63,877 nt of DNA from Paraspadella gotoi (GCA_051294375.1 CM119263.1:14214537-14278413); one strand, 5' to 3'. Shown: positions 25,701 through 37,168, numbered from the stretch's first letter. Notes: generated from the sequence alone by a model not told the origin. Made by a program: numbers and translations.

Positions 25701-27224
25701 ACGAAAACGAAAGGATTACACATAATATTATAATCTCCATATTGAATGCTTGCTATGATTCTATCGATAATTAAAAATTCTTAAAATTACAAATAGTAAG
25801 ATTCAGTTTTAACTTTTTTAATTTTTAAACATTACCTTTGTTTTAAAAATAATCGAAGCGTCTTGATCGATGATATTTTATAATTTTCTATCGGATTTCA
25901 AGTTTGAGTTATGAACCATTGAACTACTTCTCTGAAGAATAATTCTTGAATTGTTTGACGGAGAACAAAAAATTATCGTCTCATATATCTTTAAGTCAAC
26001 TATTTCATGAGATTTATCGTTTGATATCTAGTAACACAGGAAGACATTGTATAAAAAGATTTATAGCAAAATGACTAAATGAATAAGTACTTTTTTTTTA
26101 ATGTATACTTGTACAGACGCACATGATGTGCTCAAACTGCTCAATGCTCATGGTACCTTGCCTCCTATCAAATATAAATTTATATATATATATAAATATA
26201 TATTTATATTATATAATATAATATTATCGGAAATTATAAACATTTGAAATGTAATTAGGACAAATAGACAGACGTACCAACCTTTCGATCAGCGGAACAT
26301 AGAGTTGCTTGGCGAGTGTTCTCGGCTCAAGTAAAATTCGGAAGATTCAATATTTTTAATATATTTCGAAGTTATCAACTTATATTTTTAACAAAATAAA
26401 TTGAATTTAAACCCTGATCACTGAAACGACAAGCATCAAACTAAGAAAGCATTGTCAGGCATTTTCAAGCTTCTCGACCAGAACAACGACGAAGAAAACG
26501 GAGAAGAAGACGACGAATACGAGTTGAAAACAACGATGAAGTCTTTCTTCTCTGAAAAAAAGTTTCGTGTCAGCGAAAACTGAGCCACTTAACCTTTATT
26601 GTTAAACTTAGTTTTGAGACGCAATGGTCCATGGTCCATACTATGGATTTGATTTAATTTTGAGTCAATATTTGGTTTTGATTTTCAACGAATCATTCTT
26701 TTCGCTATTTTCAGGTGGCAACTTGCGACGGCGACTCCTTAATTCATCTGGCGGCCAAAAACGGAAACCTCGAGTTTTGTTTCGCTCTTACGCGCGATTT
26801 CGGCGTCGAGTGGACTGCGCGTGACGGCGCCGGGAGAGACGCGTTGGGCCTCGCCGAAGACGCCGGTTATGGCGAGGAGGCCGTGACGCTGATGAAAGCG
26901 ACGGAGGTGGTGGCGAAAACTCTGGCGGCGGTGGAACGAACTAGAAAAGAAAAACAAAAGTCGGGCGCCCAGAGGCGAGAGAGTCGGGAGAAAAAATTTA
27001 GAGAAAAGGAAGAAGATTTGGAAAAGATGAAAAGAGTTTATGAGGAGACGAGGAAGAGGATGAGGAGAAGGAGATCGAGTTTTTTGGACGAAATCAGGAA
27101 CGACGCCTTCGGAGATGAAGAAGAAGATGAGGATGATGAATGTGATGATGAAGATGAAAATAATGTAGATGATGAGGATGGACTCGAAGACGACAATGAT
27201 TTTTTCGGAAAAATTAATGATTAG
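22704..27224 (+). CDS. Spliced gene: Ser/Arg/acidic low-complexity N-terminus plus ~3-4 C-terminal ankyrin repeats and an acidic tail
   Basis: Phase-compatible GT-AG exons at ~22704-22858, 22933-23414, 23643-23787, 23934-~24613, ~25051-25309, 25399-25528 and 26715-27224. Ankyrin motifs: DESGRTALHVASQRGN, GFTPLQLCAIEG..LVDLGAN, GDSLIHLAAKNGNLE. The start and the exon 4/5 junction are uncertain. Confidence 0.75.
24820..24946 (+). mobile_element. 5'-truncated Penelope-like pLTR fragment
   Basis: gcaaaaa-attg-tttttgc stem, then CGAAACATGTC, AATAAAACATCGTTG and ...gaaaggataac..caatgtc. Same layout as 25586-25725 but lacking CTGATGA. Confidence 0.55.
25586..25725 (+). mobile_element. 140-bp Penelope-like short insertion with 16-bp target-site duplication
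   Basis: Flanked by exact TATTATAATCTCCATA at 25570-25585 and 25726-25741. It contains a hammerhead core, AATAAA and a cgaaaggattac tail, and lies in an intron of the ankyrin gene. Confidence 0.8.
25592..25651 (+). ncRNA. Minimal type I hammerhead ribozyme motif (PLE-type)
   Basis: CUGAUGA-A-[GGCUU gaaaaucua AAGCC]-GAAA-CAUG-UC: both core boxes, a 5-bp stem II and a palindromic minimal stem III. Stem I pairing is weak. Confidence 0.7.
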
Positions 27225-27605
27225 TGAAATGAGTTAGATACTAAAGACCTGTGCAAAAAAAAAAAAAAAAAAAACATTGCCCAAATAAATCTGGTTTGAT
27301 TCCTTTATTATAAAAAATATTATAGGTCAATAAACTTTAGAGAAAAAGCAACGTTCACTCGATCCTTTCTTTGTTAATGATAATATTAGGGGTAGCCGCT
27401 CTCAATGGGGTGAGTCAAAAAATTTAGGAGTGAGTACATGCTCAAACGAAAATTATACATTTTTATGCATACTTTCAAAGGACAAAAAAATTCTTATATG
27501 GCTCTATTGTCTATACCCTAGTAATTAATTTTTAATATATTTATAAATAGGAAAGGCCAAAAAATTTTTTGAGAAATTTTTAATTTTAGGATCAAATTCA
27601 GATAG

Positions 27606-28073
27606 TGTAGCGGTAGTATTTCATACCCCGTTCAGGACCTTGTGTGCAACGGACGGTGAACTGCTCGCGGCATCGTCTTCTTCAGTGGTTAGCCTACACA
27701 AACATGCTGGCACATTAATACTCCTCATGTTAACACACCTCTGCCCTCGACCATCGTGTGTGAAGACGGGAGCAAAAAAAGGCAGCCCCTCCTAGAGTGC
27801 TCGGGCACAACGCGTCCATCATTGCCATCACACTTGAGCGGGTGTGTGATGCCTCGGAGGGGATGTGTAGCGGTAGTATTTTATATATATAGCGCCAGAG
27901 GTAGCACGAGCTCCTCCCAACCCAAAGGACTCGGGTACGCGTCCTGCTGATTCACGCAAGTAAAAGCGGGACGGGGCGTCTAACCCACCTGTAGTGACTG
28001 ACTACAGCCCGATCCGAAGTTTGGGACCTTTTGTGCAACGGACGGTGAACTGCTCGCGGCATCGTCTTCCACA
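27606..28073 (+). mobile_element. TRIM-like non-autonomous LTR retrotransposon (468 bp)
   Basis: 5' LTR 27606-27684 (TGTAGCGGTAGTATTT...CATCGTCTTCTTCA, internally deleted), PBS-like TGGTTAGCC at 27686, PPT GGAGGGGA at 27856-27863, 3' LTR 27866-28073 (TGTAG...CCACA), and 4-bp TSD ATAG at 27602-27605 and 28074-28077. Confidence 0.85.
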
Positions 28074-28808
28074 ATAGCTCATAAAAAGTTGTCTATACAA
28101 AGTATAATTCTTTTTTAAATATTTTTATGATAAATAGGTCAAAAATATTTATTTTTACTGAGAAAACGTAAGAATTTTTGAAAGCTGTAATTATATTTCT
28201 TGTTTAACTTTTTATGCTCTATCAGAATCCATAAAAAAATTTAAGATTTCAAAAAAATTTAATTAGGATAGTACCCTCAGAAAAAAGTATTTTTGACAAA
28301 AAATATTTTAATACTAAATTCTATGCTCATGTATACATTAGCATTTAAATTTCATCGGCTATGGTTAATAATATGGATTGTTTTCAGTTTTTATTATATA
28401 TGAAAATTTCAAAATTAGCTGTTATACTTTTTTAAATTAAAAAAAACAACTAAATATATGTGTTTTTAATTTTAATTAAAATGTTTTTTTTTAATTGTTT
28501 TGCTTATCTAAAACTAAAATTATTTGTTTATGTTTGTTTATGATGTTAGTTTTGACTTCTGTAAATATATTATGAATACGATGCATACGATAATTTTTTT
28601 AGCCGATGATTAATCGGGTAATTATCCAGAGAAAGAGCATAGCGGGGAAAAGTTTTTGAATGAGATCGAGGTAAGAGGTATCAGAAACAATAATAATAAT
28701 TTCATCACCATCGCGGAATTCGCACGCGCAATCTACGCCACGTCGGATATTCCAAGTAGGTAGTGTCATGTAAAGGCTCATACCTTGAAATTTTACCCAA
28801 TTATAATT

Positions 28809-28942
28809 TGCAGGAATAAGTTTGATTTGTTTGTGACAACGATTTGTTTTATTTCAGTTAAAACAAATCGTTGTCACAAACAAATCAAACTTATTCCTGA
28901 AAATTCCGAAAGCTACGAAACGAAAGGATTACTCAATGTCCA
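28809..28942 (+). mobile_element. 134-bp insertion with perfect 40-bp inverted repeat and 11-bp TSD; Penelope-like 3' tail
   Basis: Arms at 28811-28850 and 28860-28899 are exact reverse complements. The tail cgaaacgaaaggattac..caatgtc matches the 25586 and 24820 elements. CAATTATAATT flanks at 28798-28808 and 28943-28953. Confidence 0.75.
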
Positions 28943-29199
28943 CAATTATAATTATACTTAAAAGGAAACAGAACAAACAAAAAACCTTTATTTTCGTGAA
29001 TTAGCATAACCAGTTATAAAAATAAAAAAAATTGAATTAAATCTTTGTATTAGTAGCAATCTGCGTTAGGAAACAATGGGATCTTTTGTATTCATTTTCT
29101 TTACAAACCGGTAGAGGGAGACTGAGAGGCCCCTTCTTCGGACACCTATTTAAGATTGTGACCAATAGAATCTTCATTCTTTCGTAAAAAGGAAAAAGA

Positions 29200-32100
29200 A
29201 TGAAGGCTCTCAAGCTCATCTTCGTCCTGACCCTAGTCGGTAAGTACTGTCATGTTTCATGTCGCTCAAGAGCAACGGGCGGCCCGAACGTATTAGCATT
29301 AGGTAATGGGGTGATAGGAAAAAAACGATGATTAGACCTTTCGGTGCTTTCTCCCACAATAACTAATAGATAATCGATTAATTTTGTTCTTAAAAAAACA
29401 TTAGACTTTACGTTTTTCCTTGATCCTCCGGCTAAATATTATTTATTTTTTTTTTAAATTAGGACAACAGTTGGTTCAAACGTATAGCAGACCCAGAACG
29501 CATATAAAAACTAATCTCTTACGTAAGCTTTATTCAAGTAAGTTCAACATTGATTGCTTTCAAAGTGAAATTCGTTGTACATATGTATAAATTTATTGAC
29601 GAATTCATTAGCGACTGTTTTTCTTGTTTGTTTTTTTTTTGTAGAGCTCAATGATGACGGATCTAATTCCAAAGAAATTTTACGATCTAAAAAGGGTGAG
29701 TACAATGTAATTTGTAACATTAAGTTAGATATCCTTAGCAGTAAGTTTGCATAATACATAAATTGTACCGCAGTACGTACATATACCTAACAGGCTAGGA
29801 CTATGATAGTTGTAATGTTATTAATTGATAAAACACGATTAGAATTTTTTTGGCAACTCTTTCAATATTAAAGGAAAAAACATACTTCATTACTCCTGCA
29901 CTGCTCCAAACGTTTGTAAACTATGAAAAGTTTATTGGAGTCAACTTTTTATAAGGAGACAGTGATAGATAGAGTATAAAATATACAATTTTACAATTGT
30001 ACATCATACAATAGAAATGAATTAATTCAATTAATTCAGAGACATTCATTTTTTATAAATGGTGATTTTAAAACTACAATAACAAACTTTGACCAAAGTA
30101 TTATTTCTTTATGAAGGAAATTATAACAAACGATATAACTATAAGGACGATATTGAATTTGGTGATGATAATTTGACTGTTTATTATGACCGAGCAGCTG
30201 ATTACACGGAGAGTTATGAAATTGGTACAACCAATATAAAAATTATCCATTCATTTAATAAATAAGCTATCTTGCCCCTGACTTTGGACAGGCTTTGGTG
30301 GTTTAAGGCCTCCATCACTCTTACAAGATAATGACATAGTAGGTCCCTGCTATTATTAGTAATAATGTTTTGAGAATAATCAAGGCAAGTTCAGTAATGA
30401 AACATTATTCTTAATTTATTTCAGAATTACTCTCAAGGATAAGCGAACTTCTCAACTTGACTCTCAATAACTCTTCAGATTCCAAAAGTTCCGACAACTT
30501 GATCACTGAAACAACTCAAAACCCGGAATCTGGGGATGAATACGTTGTAACTGAAGGACCTGATTCTAAGTCTCAAAACACTTCTGCAAATAGTGAAAAT
30601 CCAACTGAAAGTCCTGATTCTTCTAACAATGATGCAACTGAAAGTCCTGATCACTATGATTCAGTGACTCAAAGCAATAGTGCTCATGGTAATAATCCAA
30701 CTGAAAGTCCTAATTATTCCGATTATTCCTCTCACGATGATGCAACTGAAGGTCCTGATTACTATGATTCAGTGACACTGAAAGCAATAGTGCTCATGGT
30801 AATAATCCAACTGAAAGTCCATATTATTCCAATTATTCCTCTCACAATGATGCAACTGAAGGTTCTGATTACTATGATTCAGTGACTGAAAGCAATAGTG
30901 CTCATGGTAATAATCCAACTGAAAGTCCATATTATTCCGATTATTCCTCTCACTATGATGCAACTGAAGGTCCTGATTACTATGATTCAGTGACTGAAAG
31001 CAATAGTGCTCATGGTAATAATCCAACTGAAAGTCCATATTATTCCAATTATTCCTCTCACAATGATTCAACTGAAGGTTCTGATTACTATGATTCAGTG
31101 ACTGAAAGCAATAGTGCTCATGGTAATATCCAACTGAAAGTCCATATTATTCCTATTATTCCTCTCACTATGATGCAACTAAAGGTCTGATGGTAATAAT
31201 CCAACTGAAAGTCCATATATCCTATTATTCGCTCTCACTATGATGCAAATGAAGGTCCTGACTACTATGATTCAGTGACTCAAAGCAATAATGCTCATCA
31301 TAATAATCCAGCTAAAAGTCCTTATTATTCCTATTATTCCTCTCACTATGATGCAACTGAAGGTTCTGATTACTATGATTCAGTGACTGAAAGCAATAGT
31401 GCTCATGGTAATAATCCAACTGAAAGTCCATATTATTTCCTATTATTCCTCTCACTATGATGCAACTGAAGGTCCTGATGGTAATAATCCAACTGAAAGT
31501 CCTTATTATTCCTATTATTCCTCTACTATGATGCAAATAAAGGTCCTGACTACTATGATTCAGTGACTCAAAGCAATAGTGCTCATCATAATAATCCAGC
31601 TAAAAGTCCTTATTATTCCTATTATCCTCTCACTATGATGCAACTGAAGGTCCTGATGGTAATAATCCAACTGAAAGTCCATATTATTCCTATTATTCCT
31701 CTTACTATGATGCAAATAAAGGTCCTGACTACTATGATTCAGTGACTCAAAGCAATAGGCTCATCATAATAATCCAGCTAAAAGTCCTTATTATTCCTAT
31801 ATTCCTCTCACTATGATGCAAATGAAGGTCCTGATTACTATGATTCAGTGACTCAAAGCAATGCTCATGTAATAATCCAACTGAAAGTCCATATTATTCC
31901 TATTATTCCTCTTACTATGATGCAAATAAAAGGTCCTGATTACTATGATTCAGTGACTCAAAGCAATAATGCTCATCATAATAATCCAGCTAAAAGTCCT
32001 TATTATTCCTATTATTCTCTCACTATATGCAACTGAAGGTCCTGATGGTAATAATCCAACTGAAAGTCATATTATTCCTCTCACTATGATGCAACTGAAA

Positions 32101-33272
32101 GTCCTTCTACTATAATGATTACTCCTCTAACTATTATAATCAATACGATCATCACGAGACCACGACTGCCACCCCAGATACTGAAGCAACTGGAATTCCA
32201 GACTTTTTTAAATGTAAACATGGAATTGTGGAGCCTTGGATGTAAATCCTTTCGCAAATCCAGGTAAAGATTCTTGATAGTTATTTTTAAAAAATTGGAA
32301 CTAAAAACTTTTTAATTCCCTTTTTACTGGTAAAAATTGTATTCAAAGGTGCTTGTGAAGAATTAATGACAGAAATTTGGAATTGGGTTGTCAAAAATTA
32401 TGACGATGATCACCTTCGTCACTTGAACCGCCGTGATCACGACATCACGATCACACTTTCACGATCACTTTCACGATCACAATCACGATCACGATCACAG
32501 TCACGATCACAATCATGATCACGTCGCCGTGATCACAATGAGAATGACCTCAATAAGAAAATTCATAATTTTTGGGTAAGCATGGCTACCAATGCCCTCT
32601 GTTTTTTCTTCAAAATTATTTTTTAATCAATTTTTTTTAATCCCTCTAGATATTTGTGACGAATTTAATGGAAAAAACTGAAAAATCTGCCAGCGTACTC
32701 ATCGCTCGCTACTCATAAAATCGTTTCAGACGATTGTACAATATTTAGAAGAAGATGGCCACAAGGAAAGAGAAGTGAAAAGAGGAGAAGCTCAAAAGGG
32801 AAGTCAAAGAAATAGCAAAGGCAAAAACGTATTACAAAGAACCAGGACGAATCGGGGACCTGAAGACGATTAAAGGATAAAGCGGGAACCAGCTAAATAT
32901 TCGAACAAAGACAAAATGAAGGCGGTGTTGATCCAAAGTTGAGGGCTTTGATTAGGAAAGGTGTGGAACTAATAAGAGGCAAGAAACTTAATAAGAAACG
33001 CTTTGAAAAAAAAAATATGCCAAAAAAAGTGGAGAATAAAATTGAAAAAGATACTCTGAAAAGGTTAAGCTTAAGAGATATAAATCAAAAGAGTTTGGCG
33101 AAAAAGAATACGCAAAGAGTTAAAAGGAGAATTGGAAAGTTTTGAAGAGAAGACCGAACTTAAATTGAGAGATAAGATGCAAAAAAAGATGAGAAAATCC
33201 AACTTTAGGAGGAAAGTTGACGAGGCAGATTCGATTAAGAAAGGATCGAGACCTGGAAGGAAGTTCAACTGA
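29200..33272 (+). CDS. Secreted tandem-repeat protein: signal peptide, Tyr/Ser/Asp/His-rich 36-aa repeats, Cys motif, His-Asp tract, Lys/Arg-rich tail (copy A)
   Basis: Phase-compatible exons at 29200-29239 (MKALKLIFVLTLVG), 29463-29522, 29645-29695, 30425-32263, 32349-32575 and 32650-33272. Frameshifts after ~30780 look like read errors, because the last exons are intact in copy B. Confidence 0.8.
30216..30350 (-). mobile_element. Dispersed copy of the ~315-bp twister-bearing repeat, antisense in intron 3 of the secreted-protein gene
   Basis: Near-identical to 4053-4185 and to the reverse complement of the 39965-40987 unit. Confidence 0.85.
30268..30330 (-). ncRNA. Twister ribozyme, P5-type permutation with palindromic P1 (cleanest copy)
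   Basis: Minus strand reads UAUCUUGU AAGAGU GA UGGA GGCCU U^AA ACC AC CAAAG CCUG UCCAAAGU CAGG G GCAAGAUA. P4 CCUG/CAGG, T1 UCCA/UGGA, T2 AC/GU, P3 C-AAA-G and P5 UAUCUUGU/GCAAGAUA all pair. The conserved UAA, GA and L4 AAG are present. Predicted cut is between 30305 and 30304. Confidence 0.8.
30600..32105 (+). repeat. Coding minisatellite, 108-bp unit (with 72-bp variants)
   Basis: gtgactgaaagcaatagtg recurs at 30882, 30990 and 31098. The unit encodes TESNSAHGNNPTESPYYSDYSSHYDATEGPDYYDSV. Confidence 0.95.
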
Positions 33273-34074
33273 TGAAGATGATTGTCAAATTGGAGAAACC
33301 ATAACAAACGAATGATAAAAAACTACTAAACCCGGCATCACTAAAATATTATTTGAATTATGGCAGCAGCCTCTTACTGTGTAGACTTTTGTCATGCAAT
33401 GGTGAATTCGAAATAAATGCTTGTTTTAATTTTACTATTACTATTAATATTCTTATCGAATACAGCTATAAACCTTTAATAATATAATAATTAGCTGTAT
33501 TAATTTATCTCTAGTGTCACTAATGTGGATTTATCATAATAAAATAAATACGTCCCAGCTGAGCTGTTGGTGCTTTGCCTATTAAAGTTTTTAAACACAA
33601 TATCAAAAAACGATTTTTATTTTCTGTCATTATCATCAGTTAGAATTTTCTCCGCCGACAAGAAGTTATTGTTCTCTTTTTCCTTTTAACTTCCGTCTCG
33701 TATCATATCCGAAACCCGAACTCCGACGTCACTGAGCGCCCTTCACGTCAACCAATAGACGCACGTATGTAGAGTTGACCAATCAAAAGCCGCGTTTCGT
33801 GCTTCATCAACGCTTGGCGACGCAGAATCCCTGCCATGACTTGCCTACGCCCGGCATCCACCTCATACGGAGAACCAGAATTAGTGAGAAAGCAATCAAT
33901 GCCTCGGGAGTTTTTGCAGTCGATTTTTTTTATTAATCAGCCGCAATAGTAAAAAATTTATTCGTTGGGTATATATCTTATATCTTTGAACTTAAAAAAG
34001 TCGAGTTTCCCGCCCATTCGATGCAATAAACTTGTACGATGTCAGAAGACTGTTTATCTTAACAGAAAAAAAAA

Positions 34075-37000
34075 ATGAAAGTAAGTTTGCTAATTACTAA
34101 TTACGACGTAATGCCGAATTTATCATGTAGCTAAAACACACGGATCAGACAACATTGGTGCCTGATATCATGCAAATTTTCCCTATTCATTTTTTTTTTT
34201 TGGTAACGTTTTCTCTTTCCCTCCTCTACTCTATGTACCTCTCTACTCCAAGGCTGTCCGCCAAGTGAGCCGCGAGCGCCTCGGCTTCGGCCGGAAGCGG
34301 AGCGCCTCGTCGGGGGGGCGGTCGCGTTCGCAGGACTCGGTGGAGGGAGCCGCGGAGACGAGCGGCGCCCTGGAGCTGAAGCCTCTCGACGACGCCGAGC
34401 CGTGTGGCGACGCCGCGGAACACGGCGACATCGACGCCGTCAAAGAGATTCTGACAAACGCCTTCGCCGATCCCAACGCCTGTAAGTTAAGCGGCGTTCG
34501 ACGGAGTTTGTTTTTTTGTTGATATATTGTGTTTTAAAATTAATTGGTAGTATCACTAACCATTATTGATTATTTATGACCAATTAAAAAAAAAAAACCC
34601 TCTTCGCTCGGATTCCCCGTTCGTTTGAAAGGCTCCAACGGAAAGACGGCGCTGTACTTGGCGGCGGCGGCGGGCACTTGGAGGTCGTCTGCTTCCTCCT
34701 CTCGCACGGCGCCTCCCCCAACCGGAAGTCCAGTCTCGAGACACGCCCCTCCACGTGGCCGCCGCCAACGGGCAGACTGATATCGTCGAAAAGTTGATCG
34801 CCGAAGGTACAAGAAATGTTATCAATTAATTAATTAAGAAAGAAAGATAGAAAGAAGAAAGAACCAATCGATCAATCACTTAATTAATTAAGTCAATAAA
34901 TCATAAAACAAATAAATCAAATGAATTTATAATAAATATAACATTATCATTATCACTCAACACTGTAGAAAAAATACAGGTTGAAATGATACAAGTCGTC
35001 GTCCTCCCAATTATCATAGTCATCATCAACTATGATATTAAATTAAGTCAATCTATCACATCCTCGTCAGGCTGTCTGAAGACGGACGAACTGGATCTCT
35101 ACGAACGCACCCCCGCTCCACCCGGCGGCGGCGGGCGGCCACTTGGAGGGGTGACGCTGCTGCTGCTACGTGGCGCCGACGCGGACCGCGTGGACGGATC
35201 CTCCGAGTCGCCGCTCCACCTCGGCGTCGGCGCGGAATCACTACCCGTCGTGCAAGCGCTCATAGAGGGCGGCGCCGACGTAACCTCTTGAACGAGGAAG
35301 GACAGACTCCGTTGCACATCGGTAAACAATCGAGCTTAAAATATAGCGATATATATTCATAAATGGAGTGGACAAGTAATAAAAATAGTCGAAATGTTAA
35401 ACGCAAAAATTAGTCAGTTCTTGGAAATGTTTCGTCGTCCCAATTTGTCGGCTTTGGAGTCGAATGCCGGTGTACTTGACCCGGAACTCCTTGACTTTTC
35501 TAGAAAATTTCGCCAAAGAGAAAGAGAGAGATCAGTACAGTGGCTGAAACTCGAAAGCTAGTCGAGTTGACCGTGACAAAGCTTGCTTGCATGTTTGCAT
35601 CCCATGATCAGCCTGCGAAGAAGGTCACGTGGAAACGACACAAATCCTCCTCGCCGCTCAGGCGGACATGAAACCTCTTTGGATTCACACGGAGTGGCGG
35701 CACTCTACGCCGCCACCTGCAAAGATCATTTCGAGGTTTGTTAGGTTGGCGCCGTTGGCGAAGGATATGATTCGACCCTGGATCATGGATGTTGACCGTT
35801 ATTCATGCATTTCGTTTTTACAGATTGTTCGTTGCTCTCCAGTGCACGGGGCCAATCTCAATATTATGAACTCTCGAGGCCAAGGTGAGACGGTTTTCTC
35901 TCTCACTCTCTTCTCTCTCTCTCTCTCTCTCTCTCTCCTCTCTCCTCTCCTCTCTCCTCTCTCTCTCTCTTTCTCTCTCTTCCTCTAAAAGAAAACCATC
36001 CCCTCTTCAGCACCCTGCACATGGCTGTCCTGCAGTCCAACCTTGAAATCATCCAAGAACTCGTGAACGACGGGGCGTCGCTCGACGTTCAGGACGACGA
36101 CGGTTACACCCCGCTGTACTTGGCTTCGTGGAATCCTTACAAGTGCAGGTGATTATTCCTTAATCTTTCATTGATAAATTCTTTTATCATTCTCTCATTC
36201 AATCACTCATTAAAACTCTTTTCTTCAATCATTCCTTTGTTTCTTTTTGACCTTAAACATTTTTCTAATCGAAAGAACAACGTCTCTACCCTTTCATACT
36301 TGATCAAAAACGTGCTAACATGAACATTTGTGATAACGGCGGATCGGCTCCTCTGCTGAGGTCCTTCTATCGAAAGGACAAAACAAATGTTTGAATCGCT
36401 TCTCAGAAGGTAAATTGGAGGGATTTTTGGTTGGGTAATCTAAATATAACTCTAAGACGTCACAAAATATTATAAAAAGATAATTATTTGTGAATTCCGC
36501 AATCTACCAGCGGAGCGGACGTGAACATTGGAACCTGTGATCTTCTATAACACGGCCGTCTTCCTCGGCGACGTCCACACCTGCAAGATGCTTGTCCAGT
36601 CTGGCGTCGATCCTGGAGGAACCAGTGGCTCGATCCCAACAAGGTCACTGCCAAGGGAGAAGCAGAAGGACGCCACAAAGAACAAAGAAGTTTCAGGTGA
36701 ATAAGAAAGAAAAAGAAAGAAGGAAAAGAAGAAAGAAGAATAATTTTTATCTTATTCGTTATAAAATCAAAAGCATTAAAACCGTTTTCTTCCCGCCCTC
36801 CATAATCGCTTCAGCATGCTGCACGGTTGGTTGAAGCGACTCCGGTCCGAACCTCGTCGCCTCAAGCACGTCTGCGCGCTGACGATTCGCAGACACGCCG
36901 TGCCCCCTCTTGCCTCACAGGGTCAATCGGCTCACTCTTCCGCAATGCTTGAAGGTCGGCGATTTAGAAACAAAGAACTTCCTGAAAGAATCAGTTAATT

Positions 37001-37168
37001 ATTTTTTTTATTGAACATCGTAAGGGTATTTTTTTTTTTATCCAGGACTACCTGCTCTTGAAGAACCCCAACTCAGTTGACGACTACGAAATTCCCATCA
37101 CTGATTCCACAGACTACGGCGAGGAGTGGATCAACAATCTCACGTTGAAGGACAGAAACTCCAATTGA
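34075..37168 (+). CDS. Ankyrin repeat and SOCS box (ASB family) protein, copy A with indel errors
   Basis: Same 11 exons as 59831-62941, but with scattered 1-bp indels breaking the frames. Confidence 0.8.

Noticed and set aside
27385-28600. AT-rich region around the TRIM as a DNA transposon
   Set aside because: I could not identify TIRs or a TSD by eye.
33269-33300. CTGATGAAG...GAAAC as a hammerhead
   Set aside because: It overlaps the stop codon of the secreted gene, and there is no stem II pairing or stem III/NUH site.
33720-33800. CRE-like (gacgtca) and CCAAT motifs upstream of the ASB gene
   Set aside because: Plausible promoter elements, but too short to support without TSS data.
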